From Chiloscyllium plagiosum (Eukaryota): a stretch of 24,088 nucleotides of DNA. The notes beneath the pieces were generated by a model. It was given only the letters and a program-made list of their open reading frames with translations, searched no databases and was not told where the DNA came from. The stretch lies in assembly GCF_004010195.1 (NCBI RefSeq), contig NC_057749.1:11100841-11124928 (forward strand), in the 5' to 3' direction. Made by a program: the position numbers and the translations under genes. Positions 9,620 to 19,431 of the stretch are shown here, in pieces (the stretch's first letter is position 1; each line of letters opens with the position of its first letter).

Positions 9620-9978
9620 TGTCCCTCACCTCTATCCAAGGCCCTAAAGGAGCCTTCCACATCCAAAGTTTTACTTGCACATCCACCAATATCATTTATT
9701 GTATCCGTTGCTCCCAATGCGGTCTCCTCTACATTGGGGAGACTGGACGCCTCCTAGAGAGCGCTTTAGGGAACATCTCCGGGACACCCGCACTAATCAA
9801 CCAAACCGCCCCGTGGCCCAACATTTCAACTCCCCCTCCCACTCTGCCGAGGACATCGAGGTCCTGGGCCTCCTTCACCACCGCTCCCTCACCACCAGAC
9901 GCCTGGAGGAAGAACGCCTCATCTTCCGCCTCGGAACACTTCAACCCCAGGGCATCAATGTGGACTTCAACAGTTTCT
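9620..9978 (+). mobile_element. Penelope-like element GIY-YIG endonuclease fragment (frameshifted)
   Basis: 'FTCTSTNIIYCIRCSQCGLLYIGETGR' (GIY-YIG with CxxC insert), a frameshift near 9758, then 'ERFREHLRD...VAQHFN...EERLIFRLGTLQPQGINVDF'. Confidence 0.92.
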
Positions 9979-10076
9979 TCAACAGGTCTGTTTCCAAGCT
10001 GTATGACTCTTATTTATTTGCCTGGTTAAGTGACAAAACAATCTCCTTCCTGTACTCACTAATGAATGTTTTATAC

Positions 10077-10280
10077 CTGTTTTTGCCCAACATAAGGACA
10101 CGAAGCGACTTCAGAGAAGAAAGACCAGAGATTTCCTCAATCCGATTGTTGTAAAGGTCCAAGAAAATAAGGCGTCGGAGACTGGAGAGGTGTTGAATTT
10201 GAGTGATGAGATTGTGCTGGAAATTCAACAAACGAAGTTGCTGCTCACCTTCCAGAATCGGACAGACTGTTAGGTTTCGC
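10077..10280 (-). CDS. LRRC49: Internal coding exon (204 bp, phase 2-2) of leucine-rich repeat-containing protein 49
   Basis: Translates to RNLTVCPILEGEQQLRLLNFQHNLITQIQHLSSLRRLIFLDLYNNRIEEISGLSSLKSLRVLMLGKNR, with SDS22-like LRRs that I recognise as vertebrate LRRC49. Acceptor ttgttatccAG (AG at 10282-10281) and donor AG|GTataa (GT at 10076-10075); no stops. Confidence 0.9.
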
Positions 10281-10449
10281 CTGGATAACAATTAACAATA
10301 TAAAACTGCTGATGGTCAAAAATGCATTGCGAGTAAACTGTAGTCTACAAAAAGGCTTCCTTTTTCAACAAGTAGTGCAAATTAATTGAAAACTATATTG
10401 TTAGCTCAAGTAAAAGGTTAATATTGCATCCCAGAATTGTTACACTTCG

Positions 10450-10900
10450 TAAGGGGGCTATTCAGCCTATTGTGTCTGCACCGACTCTCTGAGCATGTGG
10501 ACTTAGTGTCAAACTCAAGTCTTTTGCCATAACTCAGCACTTAAGTCTGTTTTAAAATCAGCTAATGGTTTTTTTGAATGCCTCAATTGAACCCACTTCT
10601 ACCGACTTTGCAGATAGTGCATTCCCAAACCTGGACCACTAACTGCGTGCAGAGGTTTGTTTTCAACTCTCATTTGCTTCTTTTGCAAACCACTTAAAAT
10701 CCATGTCTTCTGGTTCTCAATTCCTTTATCAGTTGGACAGTTTCCCCCCAACTACTCTGTTCAGACATATGATCAATGTGAAAACATTTGCCAAATCTCC
10801 CCTTAGGCTCCTCCTTTCAAGGAAAACACTCCCAACTTCACCAATTTATCCTCGCATAACTGAACGTTTCCATCTTTGGAACTATTCATATAAAGCTCTT
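10450..10900 (-). mobile_element. Old CR1-type LINE 3' fragment
   Basis: Degenerate reverse complement of a CR1 3' region (GGCTATTCAGCCTATTGTGTCTGCACCG...TTGAATGCCTCAATTGAACC...); by-eye similarity only. Confidence 0.55.
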
Positions 10901-10914
10901 ACGCAATTTTTAAA

Positions 10915-11520
10915 AAATTCATTTGTGTGATGTGGGTGTTGTTAGCTGGCCAGCATTTATTGCCCATCCCTAGTTGCCCTTGAGAATGTGGTGGTGAGCT
11001 GCCTTCTTGAACCACTACAGTCCACCTGCTGTAGGTTGACTCACAATGCCATTACGGAGGGAATTTCAGGATTTTGACCCAGTGACAGTGAAGGAACAGC
11101 AATATATTTCCAAGTCAGGATGGGAAGTGGCTTGAAGGAGAACTTGAAGATAGTAGTATTCCCATGTATCTGCTGTCCTTGTCTTTCTAGATGGAAGTGA
11201 TTGTGGGTTTGGAAGGTGTTTTCTGATGATCTTTGGTGAAGTTCTGCAATGCAGTTTGTAGGTAGTATACACTGCTGCTGAGCATCAATAGTGGAGACAG
11301 TGACTGTGGATTTAGTGCCAATTAAATGGGCTATTTTGTCTTGGATGGCATCAACCTTCTTGAATGTTGCTGGAGCTGAACTCATTTAGGCAAGTGGGGC
11401 GTTTTCCATCACATTCCTGACTTGTGTTTTGTAGATGATTTACAGACTTCAGAGAGTCAGGGGGTGAGTTACTCTCAGTATTCCTAGCCTCTGACCTACT
11501 TTTAAAGACATTGTGTTTAT
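10915..11520 (-). mobile_element. Non-LTR retrotransposon 3' end (CR1/L2-group), same family as 13690-14940
   Basis: Reverse complement ends GGGCAATAAATGCTGGCCAGCTAAC...CCCACATCAC..., matching 14882-14935; internal blocks also match 14340-14800. Confidence 0.8.
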
Positions 11521-11566
11521 GTGGTGATGTGGAGATGGATTGGACTGGATTGGACAAGGTGAAAGA

Positions 11567-11666
11567 GGTACAAACAATGACTCCTGATGAAGGGCTTTTG
11601 CCCAAAACGTCGATTTCGAAGCTCCTTGGATGCTGCCTGAACTGCTGTGCTCTTCCAGCACCACTA
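11567..11666 (+). mobile_element. 100-bp family-A PLE fragment with mutated hammerhead and 11-bp TSD
   Basis: CCTGATGAAGGGCTTTTGCCCAAAACGTCGATT...GGATGCTGCCTGAACTGCTG...TTCCAGCA is homologous to 6337-6415; direct repeat AAGGTGAAAGA at 11556-11566 and 11667-11677. Confidence 0.85.
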
Positions 11667-11716
11667 AAGGTGAAAGATCACACGACACCAGGTTATAGCC
11701 CAAGAGGTTTATTTGA

Positions 11717-11755
11717 AACACTAGCTTTCGGAGCACTGCTCCTTCATCAGGTGTT
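11717..11755 (-). ncRNA. Minimal type I hammerhead ribozyme motif (family B, intact)
   Basis: AACAC-CUGAUGA-A-GGAGC(AGU)GCUCC-GAAAG-CUA-GUGUU: perfect 5-bp helices I and II and a palindromic AGCU in place of helix III; predicted cleavage after position 11722. Confidence 0.8.
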
Positions 11756-12195
11756 AGTGAGAGAGGAAGACCTTCGACACAGAATTCATAACGAAAAGAT
11801 CAAAAGGTCATACAATTCGTGCGAATGTACTAAATACACATAAGATGGCTCTCAAATATTTAACCAGTTAGAATGGAGGTGCAAGTTTGATTGATTAATA
11901 TGTAAATCCCAGAATTTCTTTCAAATCACTGCCCCAAGCAACTTAAGGTGTTATCAACATACTATCAGACAATGTATTTTAGGCATGAGGACTTGTTTGG
12001 AGTCTATCTGTGTCTTTTATATTGTGTTCGCAGATACATTCTATTTTGTTCAAAGAGCACACAATTTGTAAACAGTCAGTCAATGAGGTATTTTATAAAC
12101 TCTTACTTTGGAAATAAAAGACACAGACAGACTCCAAATAAGACCTCATGCCTAAAATATATTGTCTGACCAGAGGTATCAGCTCCTCTATATTG

Positions 12196-12513
12196 ATGTG
12201 GAAACAGGTCCTTCAGCCCAACAAGTTCACACAACCCTCCGAAGAGTATCCCACCCAAACCCATTCCCTAACATTTAGCCCTGACTAATGCACGTAACCT
12301 ACACATCCCTGAACACTATGGGCAATTTAGCACGGCCAATTCACCTAACCTACACATCTTGCGATTGTGGGAGGAAACCAAAGTACTCGGAGGAAACCCA
12401 CGCAGACACAGGGAGAATGTGCAAACTCCACACAGTCGCCCGAGGCTGGAACCAAACCTGGGTCCCTGGCACTGTGAGGCTGCAGTGCGAACCACTGAGC
12501 CACCATGCCGTCC
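12196..12513 (-). mobile_element. tRNA-derived SINE, HE1/V-SINE-like
   Basis: A box TGGCTCAGTGG (12492-12502), B-box-like GGTTTGGTTCC, core 'GGTGAATTGGCCGTGCTAAATTGCCC' and a CR1-like tail; homologous to 7684-8025. Confidence 0.88.
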
Positions 12514-12539
12514 CTTTTTATTTTTTATTTTTATTTTTC

Positions 12540-13404
12540 TGTAATTTTGGTTGTGGACTGAATGGGAAAAGGACTTTTTTTAAAAGCCAAAGATTGTGGA
12601 AGGGATTGTTGCACTTTTAAAAAGCTAGCTTTCAACACATAGTGTAGTGCTGCTTACAGTGTTCTTTGTTCAATTAGTGAGGGAAGTTCAGTTTCAGATA
12701 TACTGGCACTAGGGACTGTACACAAGGCGAGTTTCAGTTGGCAACAAGTATCTGATAGGTCCGTGGAGTCGAGACCAGTTATGACTAACAGAGATGTGCT
12801 GCCTACCAATAACTATGTGATTGGCTCTCATGTAGTTGAGAGGATGTGAAGCATTCAATCTGTAAAGAGACGTGGTATTGTTCTGAAAACCTGAAGCCTG
12901 AAGAAAGTCAATTTATTTTCCCTCAACAGTTGCTGTAAAATCTCTTGTTTTTAACCTATAAGACAAAAACTTTACAGGTTTTTAACCAATCGCCCATGTG
13001 CCTCCTGCAAGCAAATGAAAGTATCTAAATAAGAGAGACCAAACAGCAGGTCCCCGGTGAGCAAAATAATTATCTCAGCAAAATATGTGGACAGAAGCCA
13101 TTGAAGATCCTTAAGTTTATTTTATTCTGCCAATTTTATTTTGTATCTCTGAACGTATATAGAGGAGGTTTCAGAAGGAGGTTAGAATTTTAACTAGTAG
13201 AGTTATTACTGATGATTCAGAATTGTTTACTTGTAGCTAAAATTTATTTATGTAATATTTAAGTATGGAAACCTGGTCCTTTCTTGAGTTTAAAAAGACA
13301 GGCAAATTAGGATTTCTGGGGATTGATAAGATCTTTAACTTTTGTGATGACTCTGGCATCAGCGAGACTTGAGTTCCAGAGAGCTACCACAGTAAGGCCT
13401 AACA
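12540..13404 (+). mobile_element. Probable decayed solo LTR
   Basis: TGTAAT... start and ...CCTAACA end; non-coding; flanks (TTTC/ATAT) do not form a TSD. Confidence 0.4.
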
Positions 13405-13689
13405 ATATGGCCTCACCATGTTTACTGTACACTACCTATTCGCCCACTCCACCAACTTGTCAATGTCCCTTTAAAGTTCTGTACTGTCCACCTCACAATT
13501 TACAATGTTTCCAAGTTTTGTGACATCTCTAATCTTTGAAATTGTTCCCTTTACTTCAAGAACTAAGTAATTTATTTCTCAGGGTCCCAGGTGAGGAGAT
13601 GGCATTGTGATATTATTACTGGTTCAGTTTTTTTAAAAATCAAGGGAAACGCTTTCTGCCTCTTGGAGTCTTATCTCGTATAAAATAAA

Positions 13690-14940
13690 TTTGCTGTGTT
13701 TGTTGGAGGTCACATATTTTAGCTTCAGGACATTGTTGCAGGAGATCCTCAAGGTAGTTTCGTAGGCCCAACAAGCTTCAATTAGTTCACCAATGACCTT
13801 CCCTCCCTCATAAGATCAGAAGTGAAGATGTTTGCTGATGATTTCATCATGTTTAGCACCATTCACTACTCCTCAGATAATGAAGCAGTCCATGTCTAAG
13901 TGCAGCAAGACTTGAACAATATCCAAAAAAAACAAAAGAACTGTGAATGCTGGAAATCAGAAACAAAAACAGAAATTGCTGGAAAAAGTCAGCAGGTCTG
14001 GCAGCATCTGTGGACAGAAATCAGAGTTAACATTTCAGGTCCAGTGGGTTCTCACTAGACTCAAAACATTAACTGTGATTTTTCTCCACAGATGCTGCGT
14101 GACCTGCTTTTTTTCCAGTAATTTCTGTTTTTGTTGTTGAACAATATCCAAACTTGGGCTGACAAGCGGCAAGTAACGTTCATGCCACACCAGTGCAAGA
14201 AATGACCATCTTTAACAATACAGAATGTACCCATTTTCCTTTAATATTCAATGGCATTACCATCATTCAATTTCCCAATACCAACATCCTGATGATTACC
14301 ATTGACCAGAAACTAAACTGGATGAGCAATGCAAGAACAGGTCAAATGCTAGGAATCGTGCAGTGAGCAACTCACCTTCTGACTCCCCAAAGCCTGTCAA
14401 CTATCTATAAGGCACAAATCAAGAGTGTGATGGAATACTCCCCACTTGCCTGGATTATTGCAGCTCAAACAACAGAGGCATTACTGCATCCAGAACAAAA
14501 CAGTCTGTTTGATAGTAAGCACCACATCAACAAACATTCATTTTATCCACCACTGACACTCACTGGCAGCAATATGCATCATTTACAAGATACACTGCAG
14601 ATATTTACCAAGGTTCCTTGGGCAGCACCTCCTAAAACCACAACCACTATCATCTATGAAGACAAGACAGCAGACACAATGGGAATGCCATCACTTGCAA
14701 GTTCCCGCCAAAAAAAAAAGCCACTCACCATCCTGACTTGAAAATATATCACTGTTCGACCAGTACTGCAGGGACAAAATTCGGACATTCCCACTCAAAA
14801 AGCTTTGTGGGTGTACCTGTACCAGTTCACTGCAGCAGTTCAAGATGACAGCTCACCAATTTCTCAAGGTCAAAAAAAAATGGGAAATAAATGCTGGCCT
14901 AGGCACCGATGCCCATATCCCAAGAATGAATAAAAAAGAA
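13690..14940 (+). mobile_element. Non-LTR retrotransposon (CR1/L2-group), RT end to 3' tail, decayed
   Basis: 'NDLPSLIRSEVKMFADD' at about 13792-13842 and 'IYKAQIKSVMEYSP' at about 14403-14445; A-rich end at 14925-14940; interrupted by the fold-back at 13928-14136. Confidence 0.82.
13928..14136. mobile_element. Older fold-back PLE-derived element (family C) with 16-bp TSD
   Basis: Imperfect inverted arms at about 13962-14046 / 14053-14135 plus a single-copy tail at 13928-13961; exact direct repeat TTGAACAATATCCAAA at 13912-13927 and 14137-14152. Confidence 0.85.
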
Positions 14941-15454
14941 TAATGACTCATGAGGATTACCACAACAAGCCTTCCTCCTCAGAAAAAAAGTCCATTAACT
15001 ATGACACTCTGTCCTATCACTCAGCCAATTCTGTAACCATGTTGCTACTGTCCCTTTTATTCCAAGACCTATCACTTTCCTCATTTGTCTGTTGCACAGT
15101 ACTGTATCAAAAGATCTATAAGTCCATGTCCACCACACCAACAGATTTGTCCTCAAACATGACTGCTATCTCTTCAAAATAAAACTCAAACAAGTCATTC
15201 ATGATTTTCCCTCAGCAAATCCATCCTAAATTTTCTAAATTAATCCACATTTTTCCAAGTTACTATTAATTCTATCTTTCTTGTTCCAGTTAAGTTGGCT
15301 CTCTACCAGTTGATTATTCTTCCTCTATATTAACCAATATCATTAGGAAAAAAAATACTGCGCTTTCCAATCGGTGTCAGGTGAGAGGTATTGGACACTA
15401 ACATTTCACCTGTGGCATTAGGGATGACAGGATCAACTACTGCTGTTTTTCTAT

Positions 15455-15833
15455 TAAAAATCTCACAACATCAAATTATAGTTCAGCAGGTTTATTTGGA
15501 AGCACTAGCTTTCAGAGCGCTGCTCCTTCATCAGGTGGCTGTGAAATATAAGATTGTAGTACACAGAATTTATAGCAGAAGTTTACGGTGTGATATAACT
15601 AAAATTATATATTGAAAAAGTCTTGGATTTTTGTTGAGTTTCTCACTTTTTAGAATGAATATGTTGGTTTCAGTTCTTTCATATATAAATCCCAGAACTT
15701 TCTTAAAGTTACATTCTCAACTGAAGTTTAACAATAGCCAAGCTCGGTACCAATGGAAATGGCCTCAACCGGGACCTTGGGTTTATGTCACACTACAGGT
15801 GACCCCACTGCACTACACACACAGACACACACA
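15455..15833. mobile_element. Penelope-like element (family B): inverted terminal repeat (-) joined to ORF C-terminus (+)
   Basis: 15455-15722 is homologous to 11678-11945. 15734-15802 (+) reads IAKLGTNGNGLNRDLGFMSHYR*, resembling the 'GLN' end of PLE GIY-YIG domains, followed by a CA-rich tract. Confidence 0.75.
15501..15540 (-). ncRNA. Minimal hammerhead ribozyme motif (family B; G-U at base of helix II)
   Basis: AGCCAC-CUGAUGA-A-GGAGC(AGC)GCUCU-GAAAG-CUA-GUGCU; core nucleotides intact. Confidence 0.68.
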
Positions 15834-18800
15834 AGTCTGTAATGTAAGAGTCCAACAAAATAGTCTCACATTCTTGTCTTTAAAGTGTTTGAAGAATGTA
15901 AGTGGATCATGATCCGCGAATACAATAGTCTCCGACACATTGCTTGTGACATACAGATTAAAATGTTGTAAGACCAGTACCAAACTCAATAGTTCCTTTT
16001 CGATTGTGGAGTATTTCCTCTGGTGGATGTACATCTTCTTTGAAAAGTAACCAACTGGCAGTTCAATCCCATCTTCATCTTCCTGTGGGAGTACAGGTCC
16101 AATTCCTATGTCACTAGCATCGATGGCGACTTTAAAAGGTTTTGAAAAGTTTGGTGTAGCTAAAACTGGTCTGGTGGTTAACATGGCTTTCAAATGGTTG
16201 AATGCCTCCTGACATTATTCTGTTCACTGAAACTTTGTGTTCTTCTTCAGCAAATTGGTTAATAGTGCCACTACATCGCTGAAGTTTGGAACAAACTTCT
16301 AACAGAATCTGCTGAGTCCTAAGAATTGAAGCATCTCTTCCTTCAAGGTTGGTTGTGGAAATTCCTTGATGGCCTTCACTTTGGCGTCCCATGCGGTCAA
16401 CCTTCCATGACCGATGTCATGTCCCAAGAACATCACCTCTGCTTTCGTGAATTCCGTTTTATTTAAGTTTATCGCCAGTTTTGCTTCTCATCGTCGTTCA
16501 AAGAGATCTGCAAACTGCACCATGTGATCTTTCCAGGACTTATTGAAGATCACTACATCATCCAAAAAAATTGCACAGTTTGTTAACCCAGCCACAACTC
16601 TGTAATGGGTCTTTGGAATGTGACGGATGCGTTCTTCATTCCAAACAGCATCACTTTAAACTGATATAGCCCATTTGCGGTTACAAACGCAGAAATTTCT
16701 TTTGCTGTCTCTGTTAAAGGTACCTGCCAGTAACCACGCATTAAGTCCAACTTGGTGATATAACTGGGTGGTCCAACTTTCTCGATACAGTCCTTCAGTC
16801 TAGGAATTGGATATGAGTCGATTTTGTAACGGCGTTGATTTTCCGATATTGCACGCAGAATCGTTGAGTCCCATCCGGTTTGGGAACTAAGATGATCGGT
16901 GAACTCCACTTGCTCTGGCCTGGCTTGATGATATCCTCGTCGAGCATGGCCTCCACCTCCATCTGGACCTATCTGGCTTTGAAAGGATTAAGCCAATAGT
17001 GGTGTTGTTTTATTGAAGCAGTATTCCCTACTTCATCTACAATAGCATTAGTCCTCCCCATCTGATTCTTACATAGACCTTATACTGCAGTAACAAATCT
17101 TTCAACTGCGTTCTATGCTCCTGAGACAGATAGCTTACTAACCTATCCCACTCCTCAAGGATTTCTTCATTTTTAAATCTATTTTGAGGCAATCTAAAAT
17201 CCAAATCATCTGGACTTGATTCCTCACTCTGCAAGGCAGTAACTAACACTTGTTGCTCCAGTTCTTTCTCACCTAGTATAACACGGTTTTAACATGTTCA
17301 CATGACATACTCAATACTTTTTTTTCTATCTGGCACCTTTACTAAATAGATCACCTGACTCAACTTTTTCTCAATTTTATAGGGACCATGAAACCTGACT
17401 TTGAAGAGATTTCCTATCACTGGTAACAGTACTAATATGTTATCCCCTCAGGAAAGCGTCAGAGTCTCAAAGCTTTTATCTCCCACCTGTTTCATTCCAT
17501 ACTGTGCCCTCTTTAGGTGCTGTTTAGCTAACTCACCTATTCGATTTAGTCTCTCCCTCAGCCCCAATACATAATCTAAGTGTGAGATCTCCGACTTTGA
17601 TTCTGTCAATTTTTCTTTAATTAATTTCAAAGGGCCTCTCATTTCATGACCGAATATTAACTCTTAAGGGAGTGAACTGAGTAGATTCATTTGGGGCATC
17701 TCTAATGGCAAACAAAACAAATGGGATACCTTTATTCCAGTCATTTGGGTAATCCTGACAGTATGCTCTCAACATGGTCTTCAAGGTCTGATGCCATCTT
17801 TCTAAAGCTCCCTGGGATTCAGGATGATATGCACTGGATTTAAAGTGCTGTATACCTAAGCTATCCATAACCTCCTTAAACAGTCCAGCAGTAAAATTTG
17901 ACCCTTGGTCCGGCTGAATCTCTCAGGGTAGCCCATACCGTGTGAAGAAAGCTACTCACTCCTCTACCACCTTTTTTGCCTTGATACTCCGTAATGGAAT
18001 TGCCTCCCGAAATCTGGTAAAGGCATCCATTACGATTAACAAGTACTGGTTCCCACTTTTAGTTCTCGGGAGTGGACCTACACAATCAATTATAACCCGC
18101 ATTAAATGCGGGACTTGGCAACAAAGATGCTGGTTTTATTACCGCCTGTGGCATACCTACCATTTGGCACGTATGACACATTCGGCAAAAGTAAACCAGA
18201 TCCTTGTACATCCCAGGCCAATAAAAATGTTTGTGTATCTTAGCCTGAGCCTTTTGTACCCAGAGGTGACCTCTTATAGGTAGTTCATGTGCTACCCGTA
18301 ACACCACCTGCTACTGGCAATGCAATCTGGTGCACTTCGGCCCATTGCTCCTCTGCACAAACCTGCCATGGTCTCTATTTCAGTCTTAGGATTCTATCTT
18401 TCAGATAATAAGCCTCCAGAATATTCTCTGCCTCCTTTTCAAAGTATGCATCCACATATATATCTTTTGTATCTTGTCGTGCTGTTGCAAGTCTCTTAGT
18501 CTTTCAGGACTAAACACTTCTGTCTGACCCTCTGCCTGTTCAGGTTTTTCCTGCACCATTACGTCAAACAGGGTATTTGCTAACTGAACCTCAATTCCTT
18601 TATCTTTCTCTGTACTTTTTGCTTCGCGTTGAGACCTATGATAGTGGGATTCTGGTTACCGCACTGTCTGGGAAAATACCAGAATATTTCTGTTTTAACT
18701 CTTCAGTTTCTTGGTCTTCTTTGGGCTTCTCCACAACAAGGGGTGTCACTCCCACCTTGGATCCTGCTAAATCATTCCCAAGAACAAACTGATTTCCTGG

Positions 18801-19248
18801 AACTGACATTCTGTCAATCACTCCCACTGTAATTTCCCCCGTCTTAAGTTGGCACTCCAACCTGATCTTACATAGGGGAATGTCCAATTTCTGTCCATCT
18901 ATCCCACAAATGATCACATTCCCGGGTAATGGATCAGAAAGAGTGCATATTCGCTCATCCCTTACTATCAGCGACTGGTTGGATCCTGTATCTCTCAAAA
19001 TTATAACTTCTTGTCCTTCTCCCACTGTCTTTCTGAGTAAACTTTACCCACAGAGGCGAATTCTTTGTAGACATCACGATCTCACTCCATACTCAGCGCT
19101 GCCTCAGCTGTGCACTCTCCTGCAGCTCCTCGGCTCTTCTTGCAGTCTCCTTTACTACCTTGAGTAATGCCACTGGCTTAGTTTCTTTTACCACATCTTT
19201 TCTCACAGCACCTTTCTTTAATGACCAGCACTGTCTTTATGTGTCCCA
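15834..19248 (-). mobile_element. Decayed Gypsy/Ty3-type LTR-retrotransposon internal region with Gmr1-like order PR-INT-RT-RH
   Basis: Along the minus strand: gag knuckle remnant (GH...C, about 19225-19248); protease 'ILRDTGS' (about 18990); integrase 'AHE...GHL...HFYWPGM...CRMCHTCQ' (18300-18160), 'YHPESQGALERWHQTLK' (about 17800) and 'RFHGPY' (about 17385); RT 'YPIPR', 'LDLMRGYWQVPL' and 'FLDD' (about 16560); RNase H 'AIDASDIGIG', 'YSTIEKELL', 'ADHDPL'. Many stops and frameshifts; no LTRs. Confidence 0.93.
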
Positions 19249-19431
19249 TCTTCTGGCCATGAAAACAGTACTGAGTAGAGTGGTTTCTGTCATGATTGTA
19301 TGTTTTATTGAGATATGTCTCTTGATTAAATTTAAAGTATAAGCCATAAGTATTAACTTAACCTGGAGCAGTGTTTTGTAGAGGAATAAGACAGTGCTAT
19401 TTTCTGGATCTGTAGATTGAAAGAAGCAAAA

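Larger units (their letters stand above)
11521..12185 (-). mobile_element. Penelope-like terminal-repeat region (family B) with inverted partial copy
   Basis: 11678-11945 is homologous to 15460-15722; contains a hammerhead at 11717-11755 and a 56-bp inverted repeat 11965-12020 / 12114-12169; interrupted by a 100-bp insert at 11567-11666. Confidence 0.8.

Noticed and set aside
10010..10291. 93-aa ORF as a standalone gene
   Set aside because: The ends (MLS..., YKTFISEY...) are intronic read-through beyond the AG/GT splice sites; only 10077-10280 is supported.
12540..19248. LTR-like block at 12540-13404 as the 3' LTR of the Gmr1-like element
   Set aside because: Separated by about 2.4 kb of unrelated repeats, no PPT or matching second LTR, and probably in the opposite orientation.
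15834..19248. Domesticated Gypsy-derived host gene
   Set aside because: Numerous stops and frameshifts in every domain.
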